64,000 nt of DNA from Spirulina sp. Lineage in GTDB: Bacteria > Cyanobacteriota > Cyanobacteriia > Phormidesmidales > Phormidesmidaceae. Made by a program: the position numbers and the translations under genes. The notes below the pieces were generated by a model. The model did not search any database and was not told the origin of the DNA. It was given only the letters and a program-made list of their open reading frames with translations. Positions within the stretch are counted from its first letter, which is position 1; every line of letters begins with the position of its first letter. Below are positions 18,022 to 27,298 of this stretch, piece after piece. Location of the stretch: positions 74,450-138,449 of the forward strand of contig JBIPSI010000016.1 in the NCBI GenBank assembly GCA_044070495.1, given 5' to 3'.

Positions 18022-20388
18022 ATGGAACAGCGCCTGTTGCTCAATCTGGGCCAGGGCGATTGGCACACCGGCTTTGCCAGCGTCACGGCTCAGCTTTGGG
18101 AAAATGAGCAGCCGCCCATGCAGTTTGTCGGCAGTTTGCCGCCGATGCCCCAGCTAGCGGCCCAGTACCAGCGCTGGCAGCAGCTTTACGAGGCTATCTA
18201 CGGCAGCCAGAGCCGCTGGCGACGGTCGGCATCGCCCTTTGAGTTTGAAGCGGGGGCGCTCACCCATGTGTCGCACCAGGAGTTTGCCACCCTCTGCACC
18301 ACCCTGCACACCGATCTAAACCAGTGGCTGATGGCGGCCACCTTTGCCCCCATCGAGCGCCGCCTGCGCACGCACCTTTCGGCCCATGCCAACCTTCAGG
18401 TCATGCTCACCGCCCACGCCAAAGCGGTGCTGCGGTTCCCCTGGCGTCTGTGGCACTTGTTTGACGACTATCCCAATGCCGAACTCTCGTTGAGTCTGCC
18501 TGACTACGGACGCGCCCTGAAGCAGAGTCAGGGCAATTCCACAGGAACGGTCAGAATTTTGGCGGTGCTGGGCACAGACACCGGTATTGATATCGAAACC
18601 GATCGGCGGATTTTGAGCCAGTTACCCGACGCTGAGGTAACGCTGCTGGCTCAGCCCAACCTGAGGGAATTGCAGCATCAACTCTGGGAGTCCAGCTGGG
18701 ATATTTTGTTTTTTGCGGGACACAGCAGCAGCCAGGGAAAGGGGCATCTCCAGGTCAACCCCACTGAATCACTAACCATTGAGCAGCTCAAATACGCCCT
18801 GCAACGCACCATCACTAATGGCTTACAGCTAGCGATTTTGAACTCCTGCGACGGGCTGGGGCTGGCCTGGGATCTGGCGGATCTGCACCTGCCCCAAACC
18901 ATCGTGATGCGGGAGCCGGTACCCGATGCAATCGCCCACCAGTTTCTCAAGGGGTTTTTGGCCCGGTTTGCCAGCGGTCAGCCCCTCTACAGCGCCGTGC
19001 GCGACGCCCGCGAACGGCTCCACGGCCTAAGCGAGCTGGGGATCTGCGCCGCCTGGCTGCCCGTGATTGTGCAAAACCCGGCGGAGGTGCCCCCCACCTG
19101 GCCACAGTTGGCGGGGCAACCCCAGGCGCAACCCACGCCCCCGGCGATGACGCGGTTTCGGCCAAATCCGGCCCAGCGGCGGGTGGGCCTGGGCTGTCTG
19201 GCGATGGCCGCCACGGTTTTGGCCCTGCGCTGGTTCGGCTTCCTGCAACCGGCGGAGCTGTGGGCCTACGATGCCCTGCTGCGATCGCGCCCCCCAGAAA
19301 CGCCGGACTCTCGCCTGCTGCTGGTGACGGTGGACGAGAGCGATATCCAGGCCCAAGCGGGGTTAGAACGGCGGGGTTCGGTAGCCGATGAGACCCTGCT
19401 CCAGACGCTGACCCTGCTGATGGAGGGGGAACCCCGCCTGATTGGCCTCGATCTGTACCGCGACTTTTCGGCCAGCGATCCGGCCCTGGTTGAAGCCCTG
19501 GGGCAGCCCCATCTGGTGGGGCTGTGCAAAAGCCGGGATGCGATCGCAGGCTCGGTTGGCATCAGCCCGCCGCCAGAACTGCCCGCCACCCAGGTCGGCT
19601 TCAGTGACTTTATTGAAGAGGCCGATGGCCGGGTGCGGCGGCAACTGCTGACCCTGACCCCCGACCCGGCTTCGCCCTGCACCTCGCCCTACGGCTTTGG
19701 GGCGCTGATCGCGATTCGCTACCTGCAAGCCACCGGGCTGCAACCCCGGTTTACCGCCCAGGGCGATTTGCAGATCGGGGAGGTGGTCTTGCCCCGGTTG
19801 ACCAACCGCACTGGCGGACTGCAACGGATGGACAGCGGCGGCAATCAGATCCTGCTCAACTACCGCGCCCTGCCTACCCCCGACCAGATCGCAGCGACGG
19901 TTTCCCTCCAGCAGCTTTTGAATGGGCAGGTGAATTTGGAACGGCTGCGTGATCGCATTGTCTTAATCGGCGTCACGGCCCCCAGTGGCGGCGATTACTG
20001 GTCTACCCCCTACGGCAGCCAGGGGCAGGCCCGAACGGCAGGCGTGTTTATGCAGGCCCAGATGATCAGCCAGATCGTCAGCGCCGTGGAGGACGGGCGG
20101 CCCCTGATCTGGGTCTGGCCCCAGTGGGCCGAGGCGCTGTGTATTGCGGTGGGGGCGATTGCCGGTAGTCTGCTGGCCTGGCGCTGGCGATCAGCCCGGC
20201 TAGCTCTAGCCTGTGCGCTAACCACGAGTGCGCTGACTGTAGTCGCCTGGGCCACTCTATTCACAGGCGGATGGCTGCCGCTGTTGCCCACCCTGGTAGC
20301 CCTGAACAGTAGCGCGTTATTAACCGCTACCCTAACCCGCCCATCAGACCGATATCTCCCTCTGAAATCAGCCGATGGGGGGCCGTAG
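18022..20388 (+). CDS. CHAT (caspase-like) protease - TM - CHASE2 - 3TM sensor
   Basis: Catalytic dyad motifs FFAGHS and ILNSCDG; CHASE2 motifs IGLDLYRD, GFSDF..DGRVRRQLL, RIVLIG; terminal TM helices. Confidence 0.92.
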   Translation: MEQRLLLNLGQGDWHTGFASVTAQLWENEQPPMQFVGSLPPMPQLAAQYQRWQQLYEAIYGSQSRWRRSASPFEFEAGALTHVSHQEFATLCTTLHTDLNQWLMAATFAPIERRLRTHLSAHANLQVMLTAHAKAVLRFPWRLWHLFDDYPNAELSLSLPDYGRALKQSQGNSTGTVRILAVLGTDTGIDIETDRRILSQLPDAEVTLLAQPNLRELQHQLWESSWDILFFAGHSSSQGKGHLQVNPTESLTIEQLKYALQRTITNGLQLAILNSCDGLGLAWDLADLHLPQTIVMREPVPDAIAHQFLKGFLARFASGQPLYSAVRDARERLHGLSELGICAAWLPVIVQNPAEVPPTWPQLAGQPQAQPTPPAMTRFRPNPAQRRVGLGCLAMAATVLALRWFGFLQPAELWAYDALLRSRPPETPDSRLLLVTVDESDIQAQAGLERRGSVADETLLQTLTLLMEGEPRLIGLDLYRDFSASDPALVEALGQPHLVGLCKSRDAIAGSVGISPPPELPATQVGFSDFIEEADGRVRRQLLTLTPDPASPCTSPYGFGALIAIRYLQATGLQPRFTAQGDLQIGEVVLPRLTNRTGGLQRMDSGGNQILLNYRALPTPDQIAATVSLQQLLNGQVNLERLRDRIVLIGVTAPSGGDYWSTPYGSQGQARTAGVFMQAQMISQIVSAVEDGRPLIWVWPQWAEALCIAVGAIAGSLLAWRWRSARLALACALTTSALTVVAWATLFTGGWLPLLPTLVALNSSALLTATLTRPSDRYLPLKSADGGP

Positions 20389-20476
20389 TCAGGGCTTACC
20401 CCCTCATCGAAACGTTACAAAATTGACAATCTCTGGCCCCCTTCCCCCATACTTTGGAGGATAAATCCCTAGGAGC

Positions 20477-21214
20477 ATGACCATGAGACGTGCTGTGATG
20501 CGATCGTCCCTATCCGCCGCCATCTCCCTGGGGGTAGCTGCTGCCCTGGGATGGCCCCTGGTGCCTGTGGCCCAGGCCGTGCCTACCCCACCCGACCAGG
20601 GCGCACCCAGCGGACGGCAGCGAGGTGGAGCTTCTCGCGGTGACTGTATGGCCTATCAAGGCTTGACCGCGCTGGTGCCCGTAGTGGATGGCAGCGTCTG
20701 GAGTCAGACCCATAGCCCCACCCCCGACTTCTTCTTTTACATTCCGCAATCCCTCACCGCAGACGTTCCCCTAGAGATGGTGGTGCAGGATAGCGACGAT
20801 AACTACGTCTTCCGCAAGCAGTTCTCCGTCGATGCCGCCGCTGGCATTCTCACGGTTCCGGTTAGCCCTGCCGAGACTGAACTGACCCCCGGCGAAAGCT
20901 ACTCCTGGACCTTTTCAATCTACTGCGATGCAGCTCGTCCGTCGGCCTCGGTTGCTGTGTTTGGCACGGTTACTCGAGTGGCGGCTGGGACAATGCCTGA
21001 AGCAGGTCACCCCCTTACCCCGGCGCAACAGCTTGACCTGGCCAAGCAGTATGCCGCTGCCGGGATCTGGCACGAAGCATTGGGGCTGACCCTGGCGCTG
21101 CATCAGGCCGACCCAGACAATGCCGAATACCTCGAAGCGTTGGATGCGCTGCTTCAACAGGCTGGACTGGCGGACTTATCGCCTGCTGTGTCGGTGAGTG
21201 AGGTGCCTGAGTGA
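20477..21214 (+). CDS. DUF928 secreted protein
   Basis: Signal peptide, GGASRGDC..LTALVP, PDFFFYIP, YAAAGIWHEAL. Confidence 0.92.
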   Translation: MTMRRAVMRSSLSAAISLGVAAALGWPLVPVAQAVPTPPDQGAPSGRQRGGASRGDCMAYQGLTALVPVVDGSVWSQTHSPTPDFFFYIPQSLTADVPLEMVVQDSDDNYVFRKQFSVDAAAGILTVPVSPAETELTPGESYSWTFSIYCDAARPSASVAVFGTVTRVAAGTMPEAGHPLTPAQQLDLAKQYAAAGIWHEALGLTLALHQADPDNAEYLEALDALLQQAGLADLSPAVSVSEVPE

Positions 21215-21262
21215 TGGGGGCGGGGTGGTAGTGGGATGGTGGGGTAGTGAGATGGTGGGAAG

Positions 21263-24229
21263 ATGGGGAGTTATGAAACCGGTGTAATTCGTGCTCGTTG
21301 GCCTTTGGCCGCAGGAGCTGCACTTTTGGGCATGGTTGGCAGCCCCTTTCTGGTGCAGGCGCAGGTGATCCCAGATGCCACCCTACCGTCAGAAAACTCT
21401 ATCGTCACCACCGATGGCACGACCTCTCAAATCACGGGTGGGGCCATTCGGGGCGGCAACCTGTTCCACAGTTTTGAGCAGTTTTCGGTGCCCTTGGGCG
21501 ATACCGTTGTCTTTGCCAACGGGGACAGCTTTGCCAACATCATCAACCGCGTCACCGGGGGGACGCTTTCGGATCTCCAGGGGACGATCCAGGCGGGCGG
21601 TAACGCCAATGTATTCCTGATCAACCCCGCAGGTATTGTGTTTGGCCCCAATGCCCGGTTGGAGATAGGCGGCTCTTTCTTCGCCAGCACGGGGGAAGGG
21701 CTGCGGTTTGAGACTGGGTTTGTGTACGATGTCGCTGGCGCTGAGGCCCCGCCGCTGCTGACCATCAGTGCGCCCATCGGTCTCCGCTTGGGCAATGTTT
21801 CAGGGGGCAATGCCCCAGGGGATGTAGTGGTGGCTGGGGCAGACCTCTCCATGGCTGAGGGCCAAACCCTGGCCTTGATTGGAGGGAATATCTCCCTGAC
21901 GGGAGCGCAGCTCACTACCCCTGGAGGCCGCATTGAAGTTGGCAGCGTACAGGCAGGCCAGGAGCTAGGACTCGCCCCTGACGGGCTAGGGTTTGATGTG
22001 GGCTTCGACGGCGTGAATAACTTTGGCGATATTCAACTTTCTAATCGGTCGGTCTTGAATGCCAGCGGCGCAGGCGGGGGGGCGATCGCACTTCACGGCA
22101 ATACAGTCACCCTATCCGGTCAGTCAGCCATTATTTCCGATACCCTGGGCGATCAGGATGGTCGCGGTGTGCAAATTACTGCCGACAGTCTTCAACTCTT
22201 GGATAGCTCCTACATCGGGGCAGCGAGCCTAGGGCGCGGAGCCTCTAGCAGCATCGATATCACGGCAAACGATATCGTAATGGTCGGCACTGGCATCGCC
22301 AACTACAAACTTGTTGAGTTCAGTACCTTTTTAGGAGCCAGGCAGATTAGCGATCGCCAAATTGGTGGCATTTCTACAACCACCGTTGCGTCGGGCCGAA
22401 CCGGAAACATCTCCTTAAATGCTCAAAACATATTGATGGATGAAGGGGTGTTGCTGTCTACCGAGTCATTTGGCACGGGCGACAGCGGTGATATTAATAT
22501 TACTGCCACCGAATCGCTCCGCCTAAGAGGGTCAGGTGTTGTGTCGGGTAGTCAAGTGTCTGGAATACCCCTAGTCACTCCCGGTGGTATTCCCACTGGA
22601 TTATCCACTAGTAACATTCCAGCAGGTGAGGGTGGACGTATTGCGATCAATACAGCCCAGCTAGCTGTAGAAGATGGTAGTGCAATTGCAGCTATGACCC
22701 AAAGCGATCAACGTTCGGGAGATGTTGTTATCAGCGTCTCAGATTCAATCACGTTAAGGGGCTTTTTTGCCCCTTTCTTCCTTCCAACATCAGTCACGAC
22801 TATTACGATTGGTGGTAACGGGACAGCCGGAAATTTGCAAATTGAAACAGGTCGTTTAATTGTTCAAGATAGCTCAGCCATCTATGCCGACTCGGGTAGT
22901 CGAGGCATAGATGGCAACGTTACTTTTGGTGGAATAGCTGGTGATATATCTATCGTTGCCACTAATTCAGTTGATATTGTCGGCAATCGAACTGTTGTGG
23001 CTGGATTAGCAGCTAGTGGTGTGCGATCAAGAACCTTTTCTGATTCACCCGCAGGCACCATCCAGATCACCACACCAATCCTGAATGTTCGTGACGGCGG
23101 TCTCATTAGCAGTGCTACGTTGAATGACGGAGCAGGCGGTGCAATCAACATTGATGCCCAGACAGTTGTTGTGTCAGGGGATAGGAATCGCCCCACCGAA
23201 ACCTTCAGCAGTATTGGTGCCAGTTCAGGTATTGAGCGGCAGACAGCGTTTACCACCGGAGCGATTGAGTCTTTGCCCGCTGCTGGATCTGGGGGAAGCA
23301 TCACCATCAATGCGACGAATCTAGCCTTACAAGGTGCCGCTGAAATATCTGTGGGGAGTTTTGGGTCAGGCACTGCTGGCAACCTTGACATTACAGCTAA
23401 TACCGTTCGTCTAAATGATGGCGGCAGTCTAACTGCAACAACGACCTCCGGTGGAGGGGGCAATATTGCTCTGACATCCCAGACCCTGGCTCTTGACGGC
23501 AGCCACATCACCGCCAGTTCGGATAGCGGCGATGGCGGCAACCTGGCTTTTCATCTTCAGGATTTTCTACTGCTGAGAAACGGTAGTTTAATCTCTACTG
23601 AAGCGGGGACAGATGGGGCTGGGGGCAACGGCGGCGACATTGCCCTCAACCTGCCCACTGGCTTTCTCGTTGCCGTACCCACGGAAAATAGCGACATTCG
23701 CGCCAATGCCTTTGAGGGGGATGGCGGCAGCGTCACCATCACCGCCCGCAGTCTGCTGGGGATCGAATTTCGTCCTGACGTGATCGATACGCCCCTCAGC
23801 GACATTACCGCCAGCTCCCGTTTTGGCAACAGCGGCACGGTCACCATTGACGAACTGGCCCCAGATATCGCCCAGGACGATGTGGCCCTTCCGACTGAAA
23901 CAGCGCCAACAGAACTGGCCCAGGGCTGTCGGGGGCAGGGGGCACAGGCGGGTAGCTTCGTAGTTACCGGGCGTGGCGGTCTGCCCACCAACCCGGCTGA
24001 TTCGCTCAGCGCCGATTCCGTTTGGCAAGATTTGGCTCCCATTCCGCTGACTGAGGACGGTGCGGAGCCATCTTCTGAGGCCCCCGATCCTGAACCCATG
24101 GTTGCGGCTACCCCCATAGTCGAAGCCCAAAGCTGGACTAGGGCTGAGGATGGCACAGTAATGCTCCTGGCGGATGCCACCGCTGCGCCAGATCACTTTG
24201 TGTCAAGAGTGAATTGTGCGGGTAATTGA
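21263..24229 (+). CDS. Filamentous haemagglutinin-family (TpsA) beta-helical exoprotein
   Basis: TPS domain NLFHSFEQFSV, INRVTGG, FLINPAGIVFG; G.GG.I.I repeats; C-terminal ENSDIRANAF and FVVTGRGGLP. Confidence 0.93.
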   Translation: MGSYETGVIRARWPLAAGAALLGMVGSPFLVQAQVIPDATLPSENSIVTTDGTTSQITGGAIRGGNLFHSFEQFSVPLGDTVVFANGDSFANIINRVTGGTLSDLQGTIQAGGNANVFLINPAGIVFGPNARLEIGGSFFASTGEGLRFETGFVYDVAGAEAPPLLTISAPIGLRLGNVSGGNAPGDVVVAGADLSMAEGQTLALIGGNISLTGAQLTTPGGRIEVGSVQAGQELGLAPDGLGFDVGFDGVNNFGDIQLSNRSVLNASGAGGGAIALHGNTVTLSGQSAIISDTLGDQDGRGVQITADSLQLLDSSYIGAASLGRGASSSIDITANDIVMVGTGIANYKLVEFSTFLGARQISDRQIGGISTTTVASGRTGNISLNAQNILMDEGVLLSTESFGTGDSGDINITATESLRLRGSGVVSGSQVSGIPLVTPGGIPTGLSTSNIPAGEGGRIAINTAQLAVEDGSAIAAMTQSDQRSGDVVISVSDSITLRGFFAPFFLPTSVTTITIGGNGTAGNLQIETGRLIVQDSSAIYADSGSRGIDGNVTFGGIAGDISIVATNSVDIVGNRTVVAGLAASGVRSRTFSDSPAGTIQITTPILNVRDGGLISSATLNDGAGGAINIDAQTVVVSGDRNRPTETFSSIGASSGIERQTAFTTGAIESLPAAGSGGSITINATNLALQGAAEISVGSFGSGTAGNLDITANTVRLNDGGSLTATTTSGGGGNIALTSQTLALDGSHITASSDSGDGGNLAFHLQDFLLLRNGSLISTEAGTDGAGGNGGDIALNLPTGFLVAVPTENSDIRANAFEGDGGSVTITARSLLGIEFRPDVIDTPLSDITASSRFGNSGTVTIDELAPDIAQDDVALPTETAPTELAQGCRGQGAQAGSFVVTGRGGLPTNPADSLSADSVWQDLAPIPLTEDGAEPSSEAPDPEPMVAATPIVEAQSWTRAEDGTVMLLADATAAPDHFVSRVNCAGN

Positions 24230-24245
24230 GCGAGGACAGGGGTGA

Positions 24246-24473
24246 CTATGCCAAAGTGCCAAGCCACGGAACGACCTCATCATCAGGACGCCCCACCACC
24301 ATGGCAGCGACATCAGTGACCTTGTAGACCCACCCATCCATGACTACCTGGTAGTTCGGTAGAACCTGGGGAGTCAGGGCTCTGGCCATTTCTGCCACCA
24401 GCTGATTGTGAAAGTCTGCCCCGTAGTCAGGCGGCTCCAAATACGGATTGGCTCATGGGAAAGGGTTGCTCAT
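24246..24473 (-). pseudogene. DUF4058 family fragment with in-frame stop
   Basis: MSNPFP*ANPYLEPPDYGADFHNQLVAEMARALTPQVLP, truncated. Confidence 0.65.
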
Positions 24474-24589
24474 GGCACGAAAGATCACCGAGGCATCTTG
24501 CTGAGATTCTAGCCCCTGACCCTGGAAAGCGGGCCTTGGTCAACCTCACAGGGGGTGATCCGGTCGGATTCGGTTTCAAAAGCATCGAA

Positions 24590-24645
24590 AAATTTTCTCA
24601 AAGTCAGGGCTGAGCCCTGCATACTTCGTTCCGATCCGCCGTATA
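24590..24645 (+). promoter_or_regulatory. Promoter-like motif copy 1: TCTCA-N10-TGAGC then TGCATAC-N14-CCGTAT
   Basis: TGCATAC 24618-24624, CCGTAT 24639-24644; upstream of the PAS gene. Confidence 0.7.
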
Positions 24646-24699
24646 CGCCTTTAATCAGCGGTATCCGTTGGGAGAAAAGCGACGGCCTGAGGGGGCTAC

Positions 24700-24829
24700 T
24701 TGGTTGACTGACAAAAGATCCTGCGCCGGACGCGGAAACCGTGCCCCTACAGGATTTGGATAATGTAGGGGTCAGGTCTCCTGACCCTTTGGCGGATTTG
24801 GGTTCTCGCAAGTTTTGTCAGTCAACCAG
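24700..24829. mobile_element. 130-bp MITE with terminal IRs, 9-bp target duplication and internal GTAG REP pair
   Basis: TGGTTGACTGACAAAA / TTTTGTCAGTCAACCA; GGGGGCTAC at 24691-24699 and 24830-24838; homologue at 46379-46508. Confidence 0.85.
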
Positions 24830-24951
24830 GGGGGCTACTGGCCCTGGTGACAGTCAAAAGTCAGCCCAGAGGCGATCGCACCTCTACTTTCAAGACAATC
24901 AACAGGAGTTAGAAACGGTGAACCTGAACGGATGTTGGAGTTGACGTCACT

Positions 24952-26511
24952 GTGAAACGCTATCTAGCTCATCTGTTTCAAATTTCAGTTAATCGTCCGG
25001 TTACGACCGTTATGGTTGCGATTTTTTTGACGCTGTCACTGTTTTTACCTCTGGGTTGGAGCGCCTGGAATGCGTACCAAACCTTTAGCCGCGTCATCGT
25101 CAATGACTTTCGCCTGCAATATCTGGTGGGTTCAATTATTCACCTGGATGAAGTGCTCACCATGTCAGCTCGGATGAACGCTGCTACGGGCGATACCCGC
25201 TGGGAAGGGCGCTACAACGACTTTGAACCGCAATTGGATGCTGTGATCAAAGAAGCAATCGCGATCGCCCCAGACACCTACGAAGGGGAAGGCGCTGCGC
25301 AAACCGACATTGCTAACCAAAAGCTGGTCGCCATGGAAGTGCAGTCGTTTGAACTGGTGCGCAACGGGCAGCAGGCAGCGGCAGCCGATTTACTGTTTAG
25401 TGCCAATTATGAACAGCAAAAAGTGATCTACGCCGAGGGCATTCAGCGGGGACTCGACGCCACCCAGGAGCGAATTCGCGAGAACCAGAAAAATTTTGCT
25501 CAGCAGCTAATTCTTGCCAGTGCGATCGCCGCCTTCAGCCTGCTAATTCTGCTGCCAATCTGGTGGGTAGTCTTGCAGGTCTTGCAGCGCTACCTAGACG
25601 CTCGTAACACCGCAGAACATGCCCTCCACGCCGCCAAAGATCAGCTAGAAGCTGTCTTAGACGCCGTACCCGGCCCCATCTCTTGGATTGATGCGGGCGG
25701 CGTTTATATTGGCGTCAATCGGTACCTAGCCAACAGCTGGAGCATGGCCCAGGGAGCATTTATTGGGCGCAGCGTTAACTCCCTCAACGGCAATGCCCAA
25801 CTGGCCCAGTTTTTGCAGGAGTTCCTCACAAACTCCCGTAAATCGGACTCCCGCACCATCGAAGTCGAAATTAAAGGCGTACTCCGCTACTTTCTCGTCG
25901 CGGTGCAAAAGTATCAGCGGGGTACAGCGGCGGTTTCGGTGGGCATTGATATCACCGAGCGCAAACAGGCCGAAGAAGCCCTACGTGTCGCCGAAGAAAA
26001 CTATCGCAGCATCTTTGAAAATGCCCTCGAAGGAATTTTTCAATCCTCCCCAGAGGGCTACTTCATCAGGGTTAATCCAGCCCTGGCAAAGATTTACGGC
26101 TATGACTCACCCCACGACATGATCAAAAGCATTACCAATATTTCAAAACAGCTCTATGTGGATGCAGAAAGACGGGCAGAATTCATCACCGCGATTGAAA
26201 AATATGGCACCGTCAAAGATTTTGAATACCGTGGCTACTGTAAAAATGGCCGCATTATCTGGACTCAAATTGATGCCCGTGCGGTTACCGATGGTAATGG
26301 CAAAGTGATCTACTACGAAGGTATTGTGCAGGACATAACTGAACGCAAGCAGCAAGAAGAGTCCTGGAAGCGGCAGTTGCAGGAATTACAAATCGAAATT
26401 GACCATAAGCAGCGGGCGCGTCAAGTCGCTGAAATCAGCTCAACGGACTATTTTCAACAGTTGATGGCCGAAGCCGATGATTTAAGAAATTTTGATAATG
26501 AGTGGAGTTGA
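24952..26511 (+). CDS. Membrane sensor with two PAS domains and no enzymatic output domain
   Basis: Two TMs around a periplasmic helical domain (LDEVLTMSARM); PAS motif YRSIFENALEGIFQ...EGIVQDITERK; tail LQIEID...DYFQQL. Confidence 0.85.
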   Translation: MKRYLAHLFQISVNRPVTTVMVAIFLTLSLFLPLGWSAWNAYQTFSRVIVNDFRLQYLVGSIIHLDEVLTMSARMNAATGDTRWEGRYNDFEPQLDAVIKEAIAIAPDTYEGEGAAQTDIANQKLVAMEVQSFELVRNGQQAAAADLLFSANYEQQKVIYAEGIQRGLDATQERIRENQKNFAQQLILASAIAAFSLLILLPIWWVVLQVLQRYLDARNTAEHALHAAKDQLEAVLDAVPGPISWIDAGGVYIGVNRYLANSWSMAQGAFIGRSVNSLNGNAQLAQFLQEFLTNSRKSDSRTIEVEIKGVLRYFLVAVQKYQRGTAAVSVGIDITERKQAEEALRVAEENYRSIFENALEGIFQSSPEGYFIRVNPALAKIYGYDSPHDMIKSITNISKQLYVDAERRAEFITAIEKYGTVKDFEYRGYCKNGRIIWTQIDARAVTDGNGKVIYYEGIVQDITERKQQEESWKRQLQELQIEIDHKQRARQVAEISSTDYFQQLMAEADDLRNFDNEWS

Positions 26512-26514
26512 CCC

Positions 26515-27273
26515 ATGGCCGAAGTTGTATTGGTTCATTCCTTTCGCGGTGGCACCGGAAAATCTAACACCACCGCCAATTTGGCGACCACAATCGCCCG
26601 CACGGGCAAACGGGTGGCGGTGATCGACACTGATATTCAATCCCCTGGTATTCACGTGTTGTTTAGCATGGAACAGGTCGATTCCCAAATCACGCTTAAC
26701 CAATATTTGTGGGGCAACTGTTCTGTAGAGGAGGTCGCCCATGATGTCAGCCCCGATGAGGTGAAACAGAACGGCGGGCAGGTATTTTTAGTGCCATCGA
26801 GTAGCGATGCGGGCGACATCACCCGAATTTTGCACGAAGGGTATGACGTGCGTCTGTTAAAAAAAGGCTTTGCCAGCCTGATCAAAACGCTCACCCTGGA
26901 CTATGTTTTTGTAGATAGCCATCCAGGATTGAACGAAGAAACCCTGCTGTGCATCGCGGTTGCCAACACGCTGATCGTGATTTTGCGCCCCGACCGTCAA
27001 GACTTTCAGGGTACTGCCGTGATGGTCGATTTGGCCCAAAAGCTCAAGGTGCCCAGAATTTTGATGGTGGTGAATCGGGTGATGCAAAATTCTGACCCCG
27101 AGATGGTGCGCCAACAACTTCAAGCCAAATATGAGGTGCCCGTCGTCGGGGTGTTGCCCAACTGCGACGAGATGATGCAGCTCGCCAGCAGCGATTTGTT
27201 TTCGCTGCGATATCCGGATCATCCCCTGACCCAGATTTACCACCAGGTGGCCGATAAGGTTATGACCACCTAA
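26515..27273 (+). CDS. MinD/ParA family ATPase
   Basis: HSFRGGTGKS, IDTDIQSPG, DSHPGLNEET. Confidence 0.9.
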   Translation: MAEVVLVHSFRGGTGKSNTTANLATTIARTGKRVAVIDTDIQSPGIHVLFSMEQVDSQITLNQYLWGNCSVEEVAHDVSPDEVKQNGGQVFLVPSSSDAGDITRILHEGYDVRLLKKGFASLIKTLTLDYVFVDSHPGLNEETLLCIAVANTLIVILRPDRQDFQGTAVMVDLAQKLKVPRILMVVNRVMQNSDPEMVRQQLQAKYEVPVVGVLPNCDEMMQLASSDLFSLRYPDHPLTQIYHQVADKVMTT

Positions 27274-27298
27274 GCCCTTTCGTAATACTGGCTCAGCC

